A stretch of DNA of 64,000 bases. It comes from a virus (Duplodnaviria; Caudoviricetes). Location: the IMG/VR virus record IMGVR_UViG_3300032233_001498, positions 1 through 64,000 of that record; one strand, written 5' to 3'. The position numbers were made by a program, and so were the translations under genes. Below the pieces are notes generated by a model, which worked only from the letters and a program-made list of their open reading frames with translations, made no database searches and had not been told where the DNA came from. Positions 9,125 to 19,817 of the stretch are shown piece after piece (position 1 is the stretch's first letter; every line of letters begins with the position of its first letter).

Positions 9125-10762
9125 ATGAGTAATAGTGATGGTTATCTTGGTAATGCGAGTTTAAAACGGGCAGGAGAAATAATCTCCTATACCGAAGAAC
9201 AGACATTAGAACTTGCAAGATGTATTAGTGACCCAGCTTATTTTATCAGAAACTACGTTAAGATTGTTAACGTTGATAAAGGTCTAGTACCATTCGAAAT
9301 GTGGCCATTTCAGGAAGAAATGGTCAACACTTTCCATGAAAATCGATTCTCAATTGCAAAGATGCCTCGTCAGGTTGGTAAAACAACCACGACAGCAGGC
9401 TATATGCTTTGGTGCGTTCTGTTCCAAGAAAACTACAACATTGCTATTCTCGCCAACAAAGGTTCATTGGCACGTGAAATTCTAGGCCGTATCCAATACT
9501 CATATGAATACTTACCAAAGTGGTTGCAACAAGGCATCATTACTTGGAACAAAGGTAACATTGAACTGGAGAATGGTTCAAAGATTAATGCCTATGCAAC
9601 ATCTGCTGCTGGTGTTCGTGGTGGTTCATACAACTTAATCTTCTTAGACGAATTTGCTTTCGTTCCTAAGAACATGGCAGACGAATTCTTCACATCTACT
9701 TACCCTGTTATTTCATCTGGTAAAACTACCAAGGTTATTATCGTTTCAACACCTTATGGTTTGAACCACTTCTACAAGATGTGGACCGATGCAATCGAAA
9801 AACGTAGTCTTTATAAAACAATTGAAGTCCATTGGTCTATGGTACCAGGCAGAGATGCCAAATGGAAAGAAGAAACTGTTCGCAATACCTCAGAAGAACA
9901 GTTCCGACAAGAATTTGAAACTGAGTTTATTGGTTCATCCGCAACTCTAATTAGTGGTTCTAAACTAAGAAGTCTGGCGTTTAACAACCCCTTGTCCTCA
10001 CGTGAAGGTTTCGATATATATGAGGAACCAATACCAGGACATTTCTATATTGTCAATGTTGACTGTTCAGAAGGTGTATTACGAGACTACTCGGCACTAT
10101 CAGTTATTGATGTTACAGAGATTCCATACAAGGTAGTTGCAAAGTTTCGCAAGAATGACTTACCTTTGTTGCTTTACCCAAACGTTATTTTTCAAGTAGG
10201 TATGAGATATAACGAGGCATTTATTCTTGTAGAAACAAATAACATCGGTCAACAAGTTGTTGACACGTTACATTATGATTTGGAATATGAAAACATCTTT
10301 AAACTGGAACATCATGTAATTAAAGGTCAACATATTTCATCCGGTTTTAAACGCTCAATCTCTTTGGGTCTTAAAACTACGGTATCAGTAAAGAAAATAG
10401 GGTGTGCCAACCTTAAAACTTTGATTGAGAATGACAAACTACTGATACCCGATTTTGATACTATTGCTGAACTTAACACTTTCGTCAGAGTTAAAAACTC
10501 TTATGAAGCCGAAGACGGTAATAATGATGACTTGGTTATGACACTTGTTATGTTTGCGTGGTTGACGGCACAAACGTTTTTTAAAGATAATACGAATACC
10601 GATATTAGGTTGAAATTGGTTCAAGAACAACAAGACATGTTTGACGATAACCTGTTACCTTTCGGTGAATTTGATGATGGTATAAAAGAACACGTAACTG
10701 TGGAGGACGGAGACTCATGGTCTGTTTCCGACTTTAAAGGTTACTTTCCATCAACTTTCTAA
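9125..10762 (+). CDS. gp17: Terminase large subunit gp17
   Basis: MPRQVGKTT Walker A, LIFLDEFAF Walker B, IIVSTPYG, FRQEFE, nuclease DDLVM. Confidence 0.97.
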   Translation: MSNSDGYLGNASLKRAGEIISYTEEQTLELARCISDPAYFIRNYVKIVNVDKGLVPFEMWPFQEEMVNTFHENRFSIAKMPRQVGKTTTTAGYMLWCVLFQENYNIAILANKGSLAREILGRIQYSYEYLPKWLQQGIITWNKGNIELENGSKINAYATSAAGVRGGSYNLIFLDEFAFVPKNMADEFFTSTYPVISSGKTTKVIIVSTPYGLNHFYKMWTDAIEKRSLYKTIEVHWSMVPGRDAKWKEETVRNTSEEQFRQEFETEFIGSSATLISGSKLRSLAFNNPLSSREGFDIYEEPIPGHFYIVNVDCSEGVLRDYSALSVIDVTEIPYKVVAKFRKNDLPLLLYPNVIFQVGMRYNEAFILVETNNIGQQVVDTLHYDLEYENIFKLEHHVIKGQHISSGFKRSISLGLKTTVSVKKIGCANLKTLIENDKLLIPDFDTIAELNTFVRVKNSYEAEDGNNDDLVMTLVMFAWLTAQTFFKDNTNTDIRLKLVQEQQDMFDDNLLPFGEFDDGIKEHVTVEDGDSWSVSDFKGYFPSTF

Positions 10763-10765
10763 AAC

Positions 10766-10773
10766 ACTAAATA
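10766..10773 (+). promoter_or_regulatory. T4-type late promoter (ACTAAATA)
   Basis: In the intergenic gap before gene 18. Confidence 0.6.
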
Positions 10774-10818
10774 GAACATAAAGAATAATTGACCTTATAC
10801 AACTAAAGGAGAAATCCA

Positions 10819-12738
10819 ATGGCATTTCAGCTATCACCAGGGGTATCAATTGCAGAAGTCGATTTGACTTCCGTGGTACCATCAGTTGCCACCTCGATTG
10901 GCGCTTTTGCTGGGCCGTTCTCATGGGGTCCAGTTAATGAAGTAGTTACAATTTCTGACGAAGTACGTCTTTCGGACAGATTTGGTAAACCTACCAATTC
11001 AAATTATGAATACTGGTTCTCAGCGGCGAACTTCCTCGCATATTCGAACAACTTAAAAGTAGTACGTGCAGCTAACAATTCATCTACACTCAACGCAACT
11101 GCTAACGGTGCTGTAGGTGTACTGATTGAAAACGAAACAGACTATGAACAAAACCACTCTAGTGGTGCTAGCACTTATGGTGTTGCCGCTGCTAAGTGTC
11201 CTGGCGCTTCAGGAAACTCTATAAAGATTTCTATTTGCCCATCTGCAAACGCATTTTCATCTAACTTAACCATACAGTCTAATACTGCTGGTACTCCAAT
11301 TACTGCTTCTGCGGCCTTAACTGGCCAAACAACTATTGGTTTGAGTACTACTGGTATTGCCAACTTTATGGTTGTTGGTGACCAAATATCAGTTGACGGT
11401 GGTACAACTTACATCCGTGTTACTGCCGTTAACGCACAAAGCATTAACATTGCAACACCTCTTACAGCAAACGTTGCAAGCGGCCAATCAATCCTCCGTA
11501 AATGGGAATATGCAAGTCAGTTTGCATTGATACCAGGAACTTCCGAATATGGCACTTCAGTTGGTGCAACCAATGACGAAATGCACATTATTGTTATTGA
11601 TGAGGATGGTATATTTACCGGTGCTGCTAACACAGTAATTGAAAAGTATGCTTTTGTTTCTAAAGCCTCTGATGCTAAGTATTCAGATGGTTCTTCAAAC
11701 TATTACAAAAACATATTGAATAAACGTTCACGTTACGTTTGGTGGTTGTCTCACCCAACTGGTGCTTCTAACTGGGGCACAACTGGCGCAGGCAAAACAT
11801 TTACCAATTTAGAAAAACCAACCACTTCTTCTCTAAGTGCTGGTGCTGATGGTACTATTACTAATGCTGACTTACAAAATGCTTATGGGCAGTATGTAAA
11901 CGGTGACACTATTGATATCTCTCTAGTTGTTTCTGGTCCTGCTGATGCTACAATGGCCGGCTATTTGATTAGCAACCTATGTGAAGTACGTAAAGATTGT
12001 ATGGTATTCTTGTCACCATTGGGTGATGATGTTGTCGACAATGCTGGTTCAGAGACTACAGATATCGTTGCTTACCGTGACGGTCTAACATCATCTTCAT
12101 TCGCAGTTATGGACAGCGCATGGAAATATCAGTTCGATAAGTACAATGACGTATATCGTTGGGTACCAATGAACGGTGACGTTGCTGGTCTATGTGTACG
12201 TACAGATAAAGAACGTGACCCATGGTTCTCACCTGCTGGTCTAAATCGTGGTGTTATCAAAAACGTTATTAAACTATCATGGAATCCTTCATTAGCAAAC
12301 CGTGATGCTTTGTATGTTAAAGGTATCAACCCAATCGTAACCTTCCAAGGTGAAGGCACATTGTTGTATGGTGATAAAACTATGTTGGCTCGTCCATCTG
12401 TGTTTGACCGCATCAATGTTCGCCGTCTGTTTATCGTATTGGAAAAATCGATTGCTAAGGCTGCTCGTTCTTCATTGTTTGAATTTAACGACCAGTTTAC
12501 ACGTGCTCAGTTTGTCGCATTGATTGAACCGTATCTACGTGATGTTCAAGGTCGCCGTGGTATTACCGACTTCCGTGTTGTTTGTGATGATACAAATAAC
12601 CCACCAGCAGTTGTTGATGCCAACCAATTCATCGGTGACATTTACATCAAACCAACTCGTTCTATTAACTTTATCCAATTGAATTTCGTAGCAGTACGTA
12701 CTGGTGTAAGTTTTGAAGAAGTTGTTGGACAATTCTAA
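10819..12738 (+). CDS. gp18: Tail sheath protein gp18
   Basis: LSPGV..EVDLT, WFSPAGLNRG, DRINVRRLF motifs; SD AAGGAG. Confidence 0.96.
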   Translation: MAFQLSPGVSIAEVDLTSVVPSVATSIGAFAGPFSWGPVNEVVTISDEVRLSDRFGKPTNSNYEYWFSAANFLAYSNNLKVVRAANNSSTLNATANGAVGVLIENETDYEQNHSSGASTYGVAAAKCPGASGNSIKISICPSANAFSSNLTIQSNTAGTPITASAALTGQTTIGLSTTGIANFMVVGDQISVDGGTTYIRVTAVNAQSINIATPLTANVASGQSILRKWEYASQFALIPGTSEYGTSVGATNDEMHIIVIDEDGIFTGAANTVIEKYAFVSKASDAKYSDGSSNYYKNILNKRSRYVWWLSHPTGASNWGTTGAGKTFTNLEKPTTSSLSAGADGTITNADLQNAYGQYVNGDTIDISLVVSGPADATMAGYLISNLCEVRKDCMVFLSPLGDDVVDNAGSETTDIVAYRDGLTSSSFAVMDSAWKYQFDKYNDVYRWVPMNGDVAGLCVRTDKERDPWFSPAGLNRGVIKNVIKLSWNPSLANRDALYVKGINPIVTFQGEGTLLYGDKTMLARPSVFDRINVRRLFIVLEKSIAKAARSSLFEFNDQFTRAQFVALIEPYLRDVQGRRGITDFRVVCDDTNNPPAVVDANQFIGDIYIKPTRSINFIQLNFVAVRTGVSFEEVVGQF

Positions 12739-12744
12739 TAAATA
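12737..12744 (+). promoter_or_regulatory. T4-type late promoter (AATAAATA)
   Basis: Directly upstream of gene 19. Confidence 0.55.
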
Positions 12745-12765
12745 GAGACAACAGGAGAATATTAA

Positions 12766-13311
12766 ATGGCCTTTAACGTAAATGAGTTTCGTGCTCAGAT
12801 GCAAGGCGATGGGGCTCGCCCAAACCTCTTTGAGGTCTCTATGCCCTTCCCTGCGTTTGCTCAACCAGCAAATGCACAAACTAAACTAACGTTTATGTGT
12901 AAGACTGCACAAATGCCGGGTTCAACACTCGGTGTTGTGCCAGTTCAATACTTTGGACGTGAGTTGAAGTTTGTGGGAAATAGAACATTCCAAGACTGGA
13001 CAATTACCATTATTAACGATGAAGACTTCGTTGTTCGTAATGCATTTGAACGTTGGATGAATGGTATTAACTCTCACACATTTAACGTTCGTAGTCCGCT
13101 TGCTTTGACTACAACAAGTTATAGTGTTGACGGTGAAGTTAAACAGTTTGGTAAAACAGGCAATACTTTGAAAAAGTATAAATTCGTTGGTTTATTCCCA
13201 ACGGATGTTGCACCAATTGACGTTGACTGGGGTTCCAACGATACTATTGAAGAGTTCACAGTTACTCTTTCATATCAATGGTGGGAATCAGTCGATTCTG
13301 GCGTGGTATAA
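12766..13311 (+). CDS. gp19: Tail tube protein gp19
   Basis: GARPNLFEV, GRELKFVGNRTFQDWTITIIND, IEEFTVT. Confidence 0.95.
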   Translation: MAFNVNEFRAQMQGDGARPNLFEVSMPFPAFAQPANAQTKLTFMCKTAQMPGSTLGVVPVQYFGRELKFVGNRTFQDWTITIINDEDFVVRNAFERWMNGINSHTFNVRSPLALTTTSYSVDGEVKQFGKTGNTLKKYKFVGLFPTDVAPIDVDWGSNDTIEEFTVTLSYQWWESVDSGVV

Positions 13312-13315
13312 GTAT

Positions 13316-13345
13316 AGAGGGAGATTTACTCTCCCTCTTTATTTC
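13316..13345 (+). terminator. Hairpin/intrinsic terminator after gene 19
   Basis: AGAGGGAGA-TTTAC-TCTCCCTCT followed by a T-rich tract; a late-like TATAAGTA sits at 13307-13314. Confidence 0.6.
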
Positions 13346-13364
13346 TTTATAGGATGAAAAAACA

Positions 13365-15011
13365 ATGGCTGTAAAATTATTCGGGTTCACTCTCGGTAAA
13401 CAAGATATAGTTCAGGTAGAAAAACCTGAACAGGCTTCTTTCGCACTTCCAACAGAATCGTTGGATGATGGTGCGGTTACAATTACTCAGAATGCTCACT
13501 ACGGCACATATGTGGATTTGGAAGGTTCAGTTCGCAACGAACTTGAACTGATTACTCGTTATCGTGAAATGTCTAATCACCCTGAGTGTGAGAATGCAAT
13601 CACCGAAATTGTTGACGAATCAATTACACATGATGAAGACGGTACAGTTGTAGATATCGTATTAGATAAACTAAAACAACCTGATACGATTAAGAGAAAA
13701 ATCAAAGAAGAATTTGAAAATGTTCTTCGTATGATGAATTTTTCTAATCTTGCTGATGATATATTCAAACGTTGGTATATTGACGGCAGACTTTACTATC
13801 ACGTTATCGTTAATGAGAAAAACCCTAAAGAGGGTATTCAAGAATTACGTTACATTGACCCACGTAAGATTCGTAAGGTCAGAGAAGTTAAAAAAGGTAA
13901 AGACCCAAAGACTGGTGCAGATATCATTCAGTCAATTGCTGAATACTATATGTATTCCGATAGAGGTCAAACTACACAAAGTTATACCGCATCAGTAAAC
14001 TCAGGTCTGCGTATTGCACCTGAAGCAGTTATCAACATCAACTCTGGTTTGATGGATGCTAAGAACACAATGGTAATTTCTTTTTTACATAAAGCAATTA
14101 AACCATTAAACCAGTTGCGTATGATTGAAGACGCAATTGTTATTTACCGTTTATCAAGAGCACCTGAACGCCGCATTTTCTACATTGACGTTGGTAACTT
14201 ACCAAAAGGCAAAGCAGAACAATACTTGCGTGACATTATGGTCAAGTATCGTAACAAGATGGTTTACGATGCCAACACAGGCGAGTTACGTGATGACCGT
14301 AAGCACATGTCAATGTTGGAAGATTTCTGGTTACCTCGCCGTGAAGGTGGAAAAGGTACAGAGATTACTACATTGCCTGCTGGTCAAAACCTTGGTGAAC
14401 TAGAAGACGTTAAGTACTTTCAAAAGAAATTGTTACAATCTCTATCAGTTCCATACTCACGTTTGGAGTCACAAGGTGGTAGTATGGTTGGTATTGGCCG
14501 TACTACAGAGGTCACACGTGATGAATTGAAATTTAATAAGTTCATTCAACGCCTCCGCAATAAATTTTCACAGGTATTTGACCATGCGTTGCGTGTTCAA
14601 TTGGCACTTAAAGGTATCTGTACTCAAGAAGAATGGGATGAATTTAAAGAATTTGTCTACTATGACTTCAAAAAAGACAACAACTTTTCAGAATTAAAAG
14701 AATCTGAATTATTACAATCACGCATCCAAATGGTCGGTATGTTAGACCCATTTGTAGGACGTTATTTTTCACAAGCATGGGTTAAGAAAAATGTTCTTAA
14801 AATGACCGATGAAGAGGTGGAACAGATGCAGAAAGAAATTGATGAAGAACCGGAAAACCCAGCGCTTGCCAATCCTATTGATTCCCAAGCACCAACAGAA
14901 GAGCAATTCCCACCAGAAGATAACACAATCGAACCCGGTGCAAACGAATCGCTAACTCCTGAGTTGGATGCCGAGGTAGAGAAGTATAGTAGTAATATAA
15001 ATAAGAAATAA
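13365..15011 (+). CDS. gp20: Portal protein gp20
   Basis: LITRYREM..HPE, WYIDGR, YRLSRAPERRIFYIDVGNLPK.KAEQYL, EDFWLPRREGGKGTEI. Confidence 0.97.
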   Translation: MAVKLFGFTLGKQDIVQVEKPEQASFALPTESLDDGAVTITQNAHYGTYVDLEGSVRNELELITRYREMSNHPECENAITEIVDESITHDEDGTVVDIVLDKLKQPDTIKRKIKEEFENVLRMMNFSNLADDIFKRWYIDGRLYYHVIVNEKNPKEGIQELRYIDPRKIRKVREVKKGKDPKTGADIIQSIAEYYMYSDRGQTTQSYTASVNSGLRIAPEAVININSGLMDAKNTMVISFLHKAIKPLNQLRMIEDAIVIYRLSRAPERRIFYIDVGNLPKGKAEQYLRDIMVKYRNKMVYDANTGELRDDRKHMSMLEDFWLPRREGGKGTEITTLPAGQNLGELEDVKYFQKKLLQSLSVPYSRLESQGGSMVGIGRTTEVTRDELKFNKFIQRLRNKFSQVFDHALRVQLALKGICTQEEWDEFKEFVYYDFKKDNNFSELKESELLQSRIQMVGMLDPFVGRYFSQAWVKKNVLKMTDEEVEQMQKEIDEEPENPALANPIDSQAPTEEQFPPEDNTIEPGANESLTPELDAEVEKYSSNINKK

Positions 15012-15193
15012 TGGAGAACAACATGACAGAAGTACGTAATTTTATTGACCTTGTTGCCGCAGGTAACAACGCCGATGCAAAAGAAGCTCTAAGTGAGCTG
15101 TTATCTGCACGTGCATTTGAATCACTTGATGACAAAAAGAAAGAAATGGCATCGAGTCTATTCAACGGTGTGGAAGTTCAAGAAGCAGAATGA
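15011..15193 (+). CDS. gp67: Prohead core protein (gp67-like)
   Basis: Small acidic protein directly after the portal gene, in the T4 gene 67 position. Confidence 0.55.
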   Translation: MENNMTEVRNFIDLVAAGNNADAKEALSELLSARAFESLDDKKKEMASSLFNGVEVQEAE

Positions 15194-15921
15194 AATCTTT
15201 AACTGATTTTAAATCTATTAATGAAGAAGAGAAGTCGGACTATTCCAAGTTCGATACTCTAGTACGTGCTGGTCTTGCCAACAAAGCACAGATACAACGT
15301 ATTCATAAAATTTTGGATAAGATGGGTGAAGAAAGACCTGTCTTTAATAATGCTGACCGCATGATTGTTCAAAATCTTTTTAATAAGATGGTCGATTTAA
15401 TCTCAAATAACAAACAGATTTTCAATCAAACTCGCCGAGCAGTACGTGAAGACAATGAGTTACCTAAAGATGACTACATTGAAGCAGAAAATATTGATGA
15501 AGCTTATGGCCAATTGGTAGACCCTCCGGCCGTATTAATTTTAAAACGCACAGCAATTCGTGTTTATCCAAATGACACAAGAGTTGCCTTGTACTATAGT
15601 CAACGTTTAAAGAAGATTTTTACCGTTCCATACAGTACGTCCAAAGATAACAATTTTGGACCTATAGTACAAGCAGAAGAAACAGAAATTGCAGAAAGTC
15701 ATATGATTGACCTGCAAAAGATTAAAGACACACATCAACACGGCAGCATTAAACATGCTGACGGTACTTCTAGTAAAGTTGATGTGCAAACCGCTCATGC
15801 AATCCTAACCGTTCATAAAGCTTTGAATGACGAGAATAAAAAGAAGTTCTCCGATTTAGTAGGACGTTCTAAACAACACCTACAAAAAGCAGCAGACTTT
15901 TCATTCAAACATTTAAAATGA
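15190..15921 (+). CDS. Conserved T4-like hypothetical protein, probable head-internal protein
   Basis: In the head cluster; N-terminus MKSLTDFKSINE and several (I/V)xE motifs. Confidence 0.55.
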   Translation: MKSLTDFKSINEEEKSDYSKFDTLVRAGLANKAQIQRIHKILDKMGEERPVFNNADRMIVQNLFNKMVDLISNNKQIFNQTRRAVREDNELPKDDYIEAENIDEAYGQLVDPPAVLILKRTAIRVYPNDTRVALYYSQRLKKIFTVPYSTSKDNNFGPIVQAEETEIAESHMIDLQKIKDTHQHGSIKHADGTSSKVDVQTAHAILTVHKALNDENKKKFSDLVGRSKQHLQKAADFSFKHLK

Positions 15922-16358
15922 ACTTTGTAGAATTGATTGCCCAAGGTAAGTTGGTTGAAGCTAAACAAGAATTGTTTGCTAAACTGGATAAACTTGCTGG
16001 TGAGAAGTTATATGATTTGAAGAGCGTTGTTGCCGAACAACAATATATAGAAGTTGAAGTGCTTGATGAAGCAAGGAGTACCAACATTGTTAAGTCTGGT
16101 AGAATTCAAAAGATTCGCCGCAGAATTCGCCGCAATGCAAAAGGTAAGATTGTAGTACAAAGGAATGTTAAACGTTCAGCTATTAAGGGTTATCGTATTT
16201 CTGGTAACAAAGTTGTACGTATTTCTGCTACAGAGAGAATGAATAAGACTAGAAAATTAAAAAGGTATTGGAAGACAAAAGGTCGAGCAAAACTCAATCG
16301 TACTCTATTAAAGAGAAAAATGTCTATGCAACGCCGCAAATCTATGGGAATAAAATAA
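15918..16358 (+). CDS. Prohead core protein (gp68-like), basic
   Basis: Very basic Arg/Lys-rich C-terminal half; located between gp67 and gp21. Confidence 0.5.
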   Translation: MNFVELIAQGKLVEAKQELFAKLDKLAGEKLYDLKSVVAEQQYIEVEVLDEARSTNIVKSGRIQKIRRRIRRNAKGKIVVQRNVKRSAIKGYRISGNKVVRISATERMNKTRKLKRYWKTKGRAKLNRTLLKRKMSMQRRKSMGIK

Positions 16359-16724
16359 ATGTCATATGAAGTAAATAACACTTTAAGAAATGCGAGTTTG
16401 ATTCGTGCAGAAGGTCCAGGCACATACACCATCACTCTTGCAAACCTTTCTTCTAACTCAGCATTAGAAACTGTCTCATCTGCATCTATCAGAAAAATGA
16501 ACTGGACTTCCAACACAAACGGAAGTATCACAGTTGCTCGTGGTGCAACACCAAATACATTGTACTCATTATACGGTACTGGTGAATTGAAACTTGATGA
16601 ATATGGTCATGCAGCAGCAAACGGTTCAACTGGTAATATTGTTGTTACTATTGCATCTGCTGGTAGTTTAACAATGGAAGTTTCTAAAGTTGCCACATAT
16701 TCAAGAGACTTAGGAACACTATGA
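16359..16724 (+). CDS. Hypothetical head-cluster protein
   Basis: Tightly packed ORF between the gp68-like gene and gp21. Confidence 0.6.
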   Translation: MSYEVNNTLRNASLIRAEGPGTYTITLANLSSNSALETVSSASIRKMNWTSNTNGSITVARGATPNTLYSLYGTGELKLDEYGHAAANGSTGNIVVTIASAGSLTMEVSKVATYSRDLGTL

Positions 16725-17371
16725 AACTAATTACAGAAACAATAGAAGAAGTTAAGTACTTAACTGAATCTACTGAAACAGGCAAGAAGCATTTGTTTAT
16801 TGAAGGTCCTTTTTTGGTTGCTGAAGAACCAAACAAGAATCGCCGTATGTATAAACTTGAAACCTTGAAAGAGGAAGTAAATAGATATAACAATGAATAC
16901 ATTGCTACAAGTCGTGCTTTAGGTGAACTAGGTCATCCTGATACTCCATCTATTAACTTAGAACGTGTATCACACAAGATTGTCTCTCTGAGACAAGAAG
17001 GTAACCGTTTCATTGGTAAAGCGCAAATTCTTGAAACACCATATGGTAACATCGTTAAGAACTTTATTGATTCTGGCGTAAACCTAGGTGTTTCATCAAG
17101 AGGCATGGGTACTTTAACTCAAGGCCGAGACGGCATCAATATTGTTCAGGACGATTTTCGTCTTGCAACTGCTGCTGATATCGTTGCAGACCCTTCTGCA
17201 CCTGGTGCCTTTGTTAATGGCATCATGGAGAATAAAGAATGGTTGTTTGTTGAAGGTCGATTCGTAGAGGTCGACATTGATAAAGCTAAACAACAAATTA
17301 GAAAAGCAACCCCAAAACAAATTGAGGAAGTAGCAATTAAATTGTTTCAAAATTTCCTCTCAAAACTTTAA
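16721..17371 (+). CDS. gp21: Prohead protease gp21
   Basis: NKNRRMY, RALGELGHP, VSHKI, GVSSRGMG, DIVADPSAPGAFV. Confidence 0.96.
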   Translation: MKLITETIEEVKYLTESTETGKKHLFIEGPFLVAEEPNKNRRMYKLETLKEEVNRYNNEYIATSRALGELGHPDTPSINLERVSHKIVSLRQEGNRFIGKAQILETPYGNIVKNFIDSGVNLGVSSRGMGTLTQGRDGINIVQDDFRLATAADIVADPSAPGAFVNGIMENKEWLFVEGRFVEVDIDKAKQQIRKATPKQIEEVAIKLFQNFLSKL

Positions 17372-17374
17372 TTT

Positions 17375-17382
17375 ACTAAATA
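17375..17382 (+). promoter_or_regulatory. T4-type late promoter (ACTAAATA)
   Basis: Intergenic, upstream of gene 22. Confidence 0.6.
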
Positions 17383-17407
17383 AGCAATCATATTAAGGAG
17401 AACCCTA

Positions 17408-18394
17408 ATGGCAAAAAATCAATTGTTCGAAGCAGCAGCTGACATTCTTGCACAAAGCAAGAAAACAGCCGGTGCCGATCCAATGCCAAAGGCAGATGCA
17501 ACACCAGTAGATTTAGGCGGACCTACCCCAACCGATGGTAAGCCTGATGACGATTCTAATAAAATCGATGCTACTAAAGCAGCTAAGAGTGCAACTGCTC
17601 CAACAACTAAACCTTCTGATGCATCACCTGATACACAGAACAAACCAGTTGGTGGCACAAAAACAATGAAAGAAGACATTGATGCAATTTTCGCAGACGA
17701 TGACACTATTTCAGAAGAATTTAAATCAAAAGTATCTACAATTTTTGAAGCTCGTGTTACTGATAAAGTGTCTCAGATTGAAGAAGAAACTGAAGCACGT
17801 TATGCAGGTATGCTTGAAGAAGCTGTCGAATCAGTTAAGTCTGACTTGACAGAAAAGGTAAATGATTACCTTTCATATGTTGTAGAACAATGGATTGCCG
17901 ACAATGAAATCGCTATCGAATCTGGACTACGTTCAGAGTTGACAGAAGAATTTATTGCTGGTCTACGTAACCTATTTGCAGAACACTACATTGATGTTCC
18001 TGCCGAAAAAGTTGATTTAGTCGATGAACTAGCTTCTAAGGTCGAAGACCTAGAAGGTAAGTTGAACGAAGAGATTGAACGTGGTATCGAAACTAAGAAA
18101 GCCTTGGTCGAGTCACGTAAACAAGAAGTTACCCGTACAGTTTCCGAAGGTCTTACCGCAACTCAAGTTGAAAAAATCAAATCACTTGCAGAGAGTGTTG
18201 ATTTCTCCACAGAGGATGAATACAAAGAAAAACTTGAGACCATCCGTGAGAATTACTTCCCTTCAGGTGCTAAAAAAGCAACTGAATCTCAACTGCACGA
18301 ACAGGTAGAAGACGGAAGCGAAGTTAAAAAGCCAGCATCTGCTGACCCATTCGTTGCATCCGTTATGCAAGCTATTTCCAAAACCAAAATCTAA
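17408..18394 (+). CDS. gp22: Prohead scaffolding protein gp22
   Basis: Acidic coiled coil; EEFKSKVSTIFEA, YLSYVVEQW, F..GLRNLFAEHYIDVP. Confidence 0.92.
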   Translation: MAKNQLFEAAADILAQSKKTAGADPMPKADATPVDLGGPTPTDGKPDDDSNKIDATKAAKSATAPTTKPSDASPDTQNKPVGGTKTMKEDIDAIFADDDTISEEFKSKVSTIFEARVTDKVSQIEEETEARYAGMLEEAVESVKSDLTEKVNDYLSYVVEQWIADNEIAIESGLRSELTEEFIAGLRNLFAEHYIDVPAEKVDLVDELASKVEDLEGKLNEEIERGIETKKALVESRKQEVTRTVSEGLTATQVEKIKSLAESVDFSTEDEYKEKLETIRENYFPSGAKKATESQLHEQVEDGSEVKKPASADPFVASVMQAISKTKI

Positions 18395-18413
18395 TACATT
18401 AGGAGAAAATTTT

Positions 18414-19742
18414 ATGTATTTAACCGAACAAATTCAAAAGACTTGGGGTCCTGTTCTAGAACATCCAGACCTTCCAGCAATTAAAGATCCATACCGTAAA
18501 GCTGTTACAGCTTTGGTATTGGAAAATACTAAAGAAGCCATGATTAAAGAAGGCCAAATCATGGAAGCTTCACCAACAAACTCAGCCGGTAACGGTGGTT
18601 TTTCTGGTGGTGCTACTGCAGCTGGTCCAGTTGCAGGTTTCGACCCAATCCTTATCAGCTTGGTTCGCCGTTCATTGCCTAACCTTATTGCTTATGATAT
18701 CTGCGGTGTCCAACCTATGACTGGTCCTACAGGTTTGATTTTCGCAATGCGTACTAAGTACGAAAGTCAATCTGGCACAGAAGCATTCTTCAATGAAGCA
18801 AATACCGCACACACAGGTGCTGCTGGTGGTTCACAAGCTGCTTTGGCAGTTGGTGCTGGTGTTGGTAACACATTCGTTTCTAACGCTACAACTGGTGCCG
18901 CATTGACTACAGCTAATGCTGAAGCTCTTGGTACTTCTGGTTCACCTGCGTTCAACGAAATGGCATTCTCTATTGAGAAAGTAACTGTAACAGCAAACAC
19001 ACGTGCGTTGAAAGCAGAATACTCAATGGAACTTGCACAAGACTTGAAAGCAGTTCATGGTCTTGACGCTGAAACAGAATTGGCAAACATTTTGTCTGCT
19101 GAAATTCTTGCTGAAATTAACCGTGAAGTTATCCGTACTATCTACAAAGTAGCTAAGACTGGTGCTCAAATCGGTACTACTACTGCCGGTACTTTCGACT
19201 TAGACACCGACTCTAATGGTCGTTGGATGGTTGAAAAAGTTAAAGGTTTGGCATTCCAAATCGAACGTGAAGCTAACGCTATCGCTAAGACAACTCGCCG
19301 TGGTAAAGGTAACATCCTTATCGTTTCTTCTGACGTTGCTTCTGCATTGGCAATGGCTGGTCTTTTAGACTACCAATCTGCTTTGAACAGTCAAGTTAAC
19401 TTAGTTGTTGACGATACAGGTAACACATTTGCTGGTACATTGTTCGGTCGTATCAAGGTTTATATCGACCCATATTTCCCAGTTGGTCAAACATCTGAAT
19501 TCGCTGTAGTTGGCTACAAAGGTTCTAATGCATATGACGCTGGTATGTTCTACTGCCCATACGTTCCTCTACAAATGGTTCGTGCAGTTGATACAGGTTC
19601 ATTCCAACCTAAGATTGGTTTCAAGACACGTTATGGTTTAGTTGCTAACCCATTCGCAGAAGGAACAAGCCAAGGTTCTGGTACATTGAACGCTCAGACC
19701 AACAACTACTACCGTGCATTCAAGATTGCAAACTTAATGTAA
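18414..19742 (+). CDS. gp23: Major capsid protein gp23
   Basis: GFDPILISLVRR, VQPMTGPTGLIFAMR, RALKAEYS, FQPKIGFKTRYG; start at ATG 18414 after SD AGGAG. Confidence 0.98.
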   Translation: MYLTEQIQKTWGPVLEHPDLPAIKDPYRKAVTALVLENTKEAMIKEGQIMEASPTNSAGNGGFSGGATAAGPVAGFDPILISLVRRSLPNLIAYDICGVQPMTGPTGLIFAMRTKYESQSGTEAFFNEANTAHTGAAGGSQAALAVGAGVGNTFVSNATTGAALTTANAEALGTSGSPAFNEMAFSIEKVTVTANTRALKAEYSMELAQDLKAVHGLDAETELANILSAEILAEINREVIRTIYKVAKTGAQIGTTTAGTFDLDTDSNGRWMVEKVKGLAFQIEREANAIAKTTRRGKGNILIVSSDVASALAMAGLLDYQSALNSQVNLVVDDTGNTFAGTLFGRIKVYIDPYFPVGQTSEFAVVGYKGSNAYDAGMFYCPYVPLQMVRAVDTGSFQPKIGFKTRYGLVANPFAEGTSQGSGTLNAQTNNYYRAFKIANLM

Positions 19743-19771
19743 TCGAAGAAGTCACCGTAGAGTGATGTTTT

Positions 19772-19800
19772 AAAGAGACCCTTTCGAGGGTCTCTTTTTT
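19772..19800 (+). terminator. Rho-independent terminator after gene 23
   Basis: AAAGAGACCCT-TTCG-AGGGTCTCTTT followed by a T run. Confidence 0.9.
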
Positions 19801-19804
19801 TATG

Positions 19805-19812
19805 GATAAATA
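19805..19812 (+). promoter_or_regulatory. T4-type late promoter (GATAAATA)
   Basis: Upstream of gene 3. Confidence 0.6.
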
Positions 19813-19817
19813 ACAAT

